NCBI GenBank assembly: GCA_964188305.1
Contig: OZ076892.1
Direction: 5' to 3' (one strand)
From: Podarcis bocagei
Lineage: Eukaryota
DNA: 64,000 nucleotides
Shown piece after piece: positions 61,949-64,000 of the stretch. The stretch's first letter is position 1. Each line of letters opens with the position of its first letter. Below the pieces are notes generated by a model that was not told the DNA's origin, did no database searches, and worked only from the letters and a program-made list of their open reading frames with translations. A program made the position numbers and the translations under genes.

Positions 61949-62240
61949 CATGATGATTTTATTATTTATACCCCACCCATCTGGCTGGGTTTCCTGTCTG
62001 CCTGCCCACCCCCACCATCCCAATGAACCCCTCCTTTTCTGACACACATATGCCCTGTGAAGCTGGGGAAAGGGAGACAAATTCTACCCATCAGCCTTCC
62101 CCAACCTGGTGCCTTCCAGATGCTTAGGATGGCAACTCTGACATTCTATTCATTTAGAAAATTTCTTAAATTGCTTCATACTAAAAAAACCCACCCTCAA
62201 AGCAATATACAAACAAAAGTTATATGCAATACATTCCTAA

Positions 62241-62356
62241 CATGGGCGTAGCCAAGAGGAGGCAGGGAGCAGCAGCTGCCCTCCCTAAATCAATAAAAAT
62301 AACATAGCTAACTAAGGTTCTGCCCACCCCCCACAAAAATCCTGGCTACGCCCATG
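62241..62356. mobile_element. hAT (Tip100-like) MITE (116 bp)
   Basis: Perfect 14-bp TIR CATGGGCGTAGCCA; TSD attcctaa/aatcctaa. Confidence 0.85.
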
Positions 62357-64000
62357 AATCCTAATCAGACACAATCCCATTAAAATACCATTGTGCTGGC
62401 CAGGATTCAGTTATTCTTCTGAGAAGACACTTTGCAATTAAAATACGTCTTCCAAAGTGTCGTTGCCTGTCGAATATCCGCCAGAAAGGAGTTCCATAAC
62501 AAGGAAAAGGTACTTTGCGCATTCTTAGAAACTTCTTGCTTTACACATCTACTACGGCTGCAAATATTGGTCCAAAACATCTGGACAACACCAGTTAGAA
62601 AAACCTACTGTGCATTTTTAGAATGTGGGGTGGGTTGCCTCTTATGACACAAGTTTGGGGAAAAGTTTGTCCCTCTTCTGGAGTCATTCCCATTTGGGTA
62701 CTCTGTGGGACAGCCAGCCAGCCAGCCGCAAACTTGGGAGGCAATTGAATAAACCCTCCGTCACCTTCTATCAGAACCAGAAGTCTCCTGAAAATGTGTA
62801 GAACTTGCCTCTCCTTTCCCGCCTCCCCCAAACCCAACTCTGGTATTCCAAAGCACTGTTTGACCCACCCACAGCCCCCCCAAACAATAGAGTCTGTGCT
62901 AGTTTTAATGAATCTTCTGTGTGTGGTTTTAGGAGAAGCTGGCAGTGGTTTATTAGTGCGCGCGCACACAGTGCCGATGTGCATAGCATTTTACAAAGGA
63001 GAGACCCTGTTCCAAGGGGCTTGCAGTAAATAGTTAGAAAACAGAGGCAATGGAATCATAGAACTGCAGAGTAAGAAGGGACCCCAAGGGTCATCTAGTC
63101 CAGCCCCCTGCAATGCAGGAATCACAGATGTCCTACTCTATTCCTCTGTAAAGATAAGAGCTGGCTTAGAGCCACAATCTGGAAATGTTTGCACACAAAC
63201 AAGAGACCTGCGTGCACAACAGCTCTGAGCGCAGATGTCTGCAAAGTCCCTTGTGAAATCAATGGCTAGCATTGGAAGAAGGGAGCCCAGAAAATGAAAT
63301 CATTTGGAAAGCCAACTTCCCTAGAATTCAAAAAAGTCTGAGATGACACTAGTATATGCTGAGCGGAAAGCTCTCCTCCATCTCTTGGCTGGGAACTTGG
63401 CAGGGATGTTCTTGTTACACAGGAGATAACTCCAGAATTCAGTTCTCCCACCTGTAGCCCAAAATTACGCAGGTGAAAAGGTATGCTGTACATACTTAGG
63501 AGCACTCTTTGCTTTCCTTTTTACTCAAAGTATTTTCACAGCAAGACATTGATGTGGAAGCCCGTTACCCCCACTCGCCCTCCAATTTTTCGCAGGTAAA
63601 ATTATCTGCATTGGAGCAAGAACCAGTCGTACCTCCCTGGGGCACCTTGCACAGCCACCTCAAGGTGCTAGTCCCCGTTTTCAAGCCCTTTACTGCTTGG
63701 TGCAAAGCAGAAGAGGGCAAAGCAAAGCAGCAAGCGGGTGCAATTGACGCTGCTCTCCCCGACTTCATTCTGCATCTCGCTATCATCCCTCCACGCTGCC
63801 CACGATTCTTCTGCCCTGGAGTCAACCCACAAACCCCCAGTTTCTCTTCTGCCTGGAGAGAGGGCTTCATCCGGGAGTCTTTTCCAGCCCTCCTTGGAAT
63901 CCCGGAATCATAGGACATGGAAGGGACACCCCCCAAGGGTCATTACTCCAACCACCAGCAATGCATCACAGCCAAGGAAACCAGCCTCTGCTTAAAAACC

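Noticed and set aside
54006-64000. PLLP exon 1 and promoter
   Set aside because: No MAEFP-like N-terminus or CpG island found; probably beyond the window end.

Overview
Eukaryotic genomic DNA from a squamate reptile, probably a lacertid lizard (inferred from Sauria SINEs, BovB, squamate CR1/L2 and hAT/Tigger MITEs). It has three protein-coding genes in the same order as human 16q13. RSPRY1 (+) has 14 coding exons, 8138-31705, 575 aa; its promoter is probably upstream of the window. ARL2BP (+) has a CpG-island promoter at ~35.7-36.0 kb and 6 coding exons, 37105-44651, 162 aa. PLLP/plasmolipin (-) has its last three coding exons at 54005-49168; exon 1 was not found and probably lies beyond 64000. 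Exon phases were checked by hand and join in frame at GT-AG sites. Most notable observations: (1) the RSPRY1 leader has six upstream ATGs, two long uORFs end exactly on the weak first ATG, and a strong-context second ATG begins an MGNSCVC acylation-type N-terminus; (2) a young 1.13-kb retroelement with an 18-bp target-site duplication, L1-like ends and an unrecognised ORF; (3) an RFX X-box/NF-Y/ETS promoter on the ciliary gene ARL2BP; (4) young and nested DNA-transposon insertions. Gene and repeat names come from recalled sequences, not database searches.
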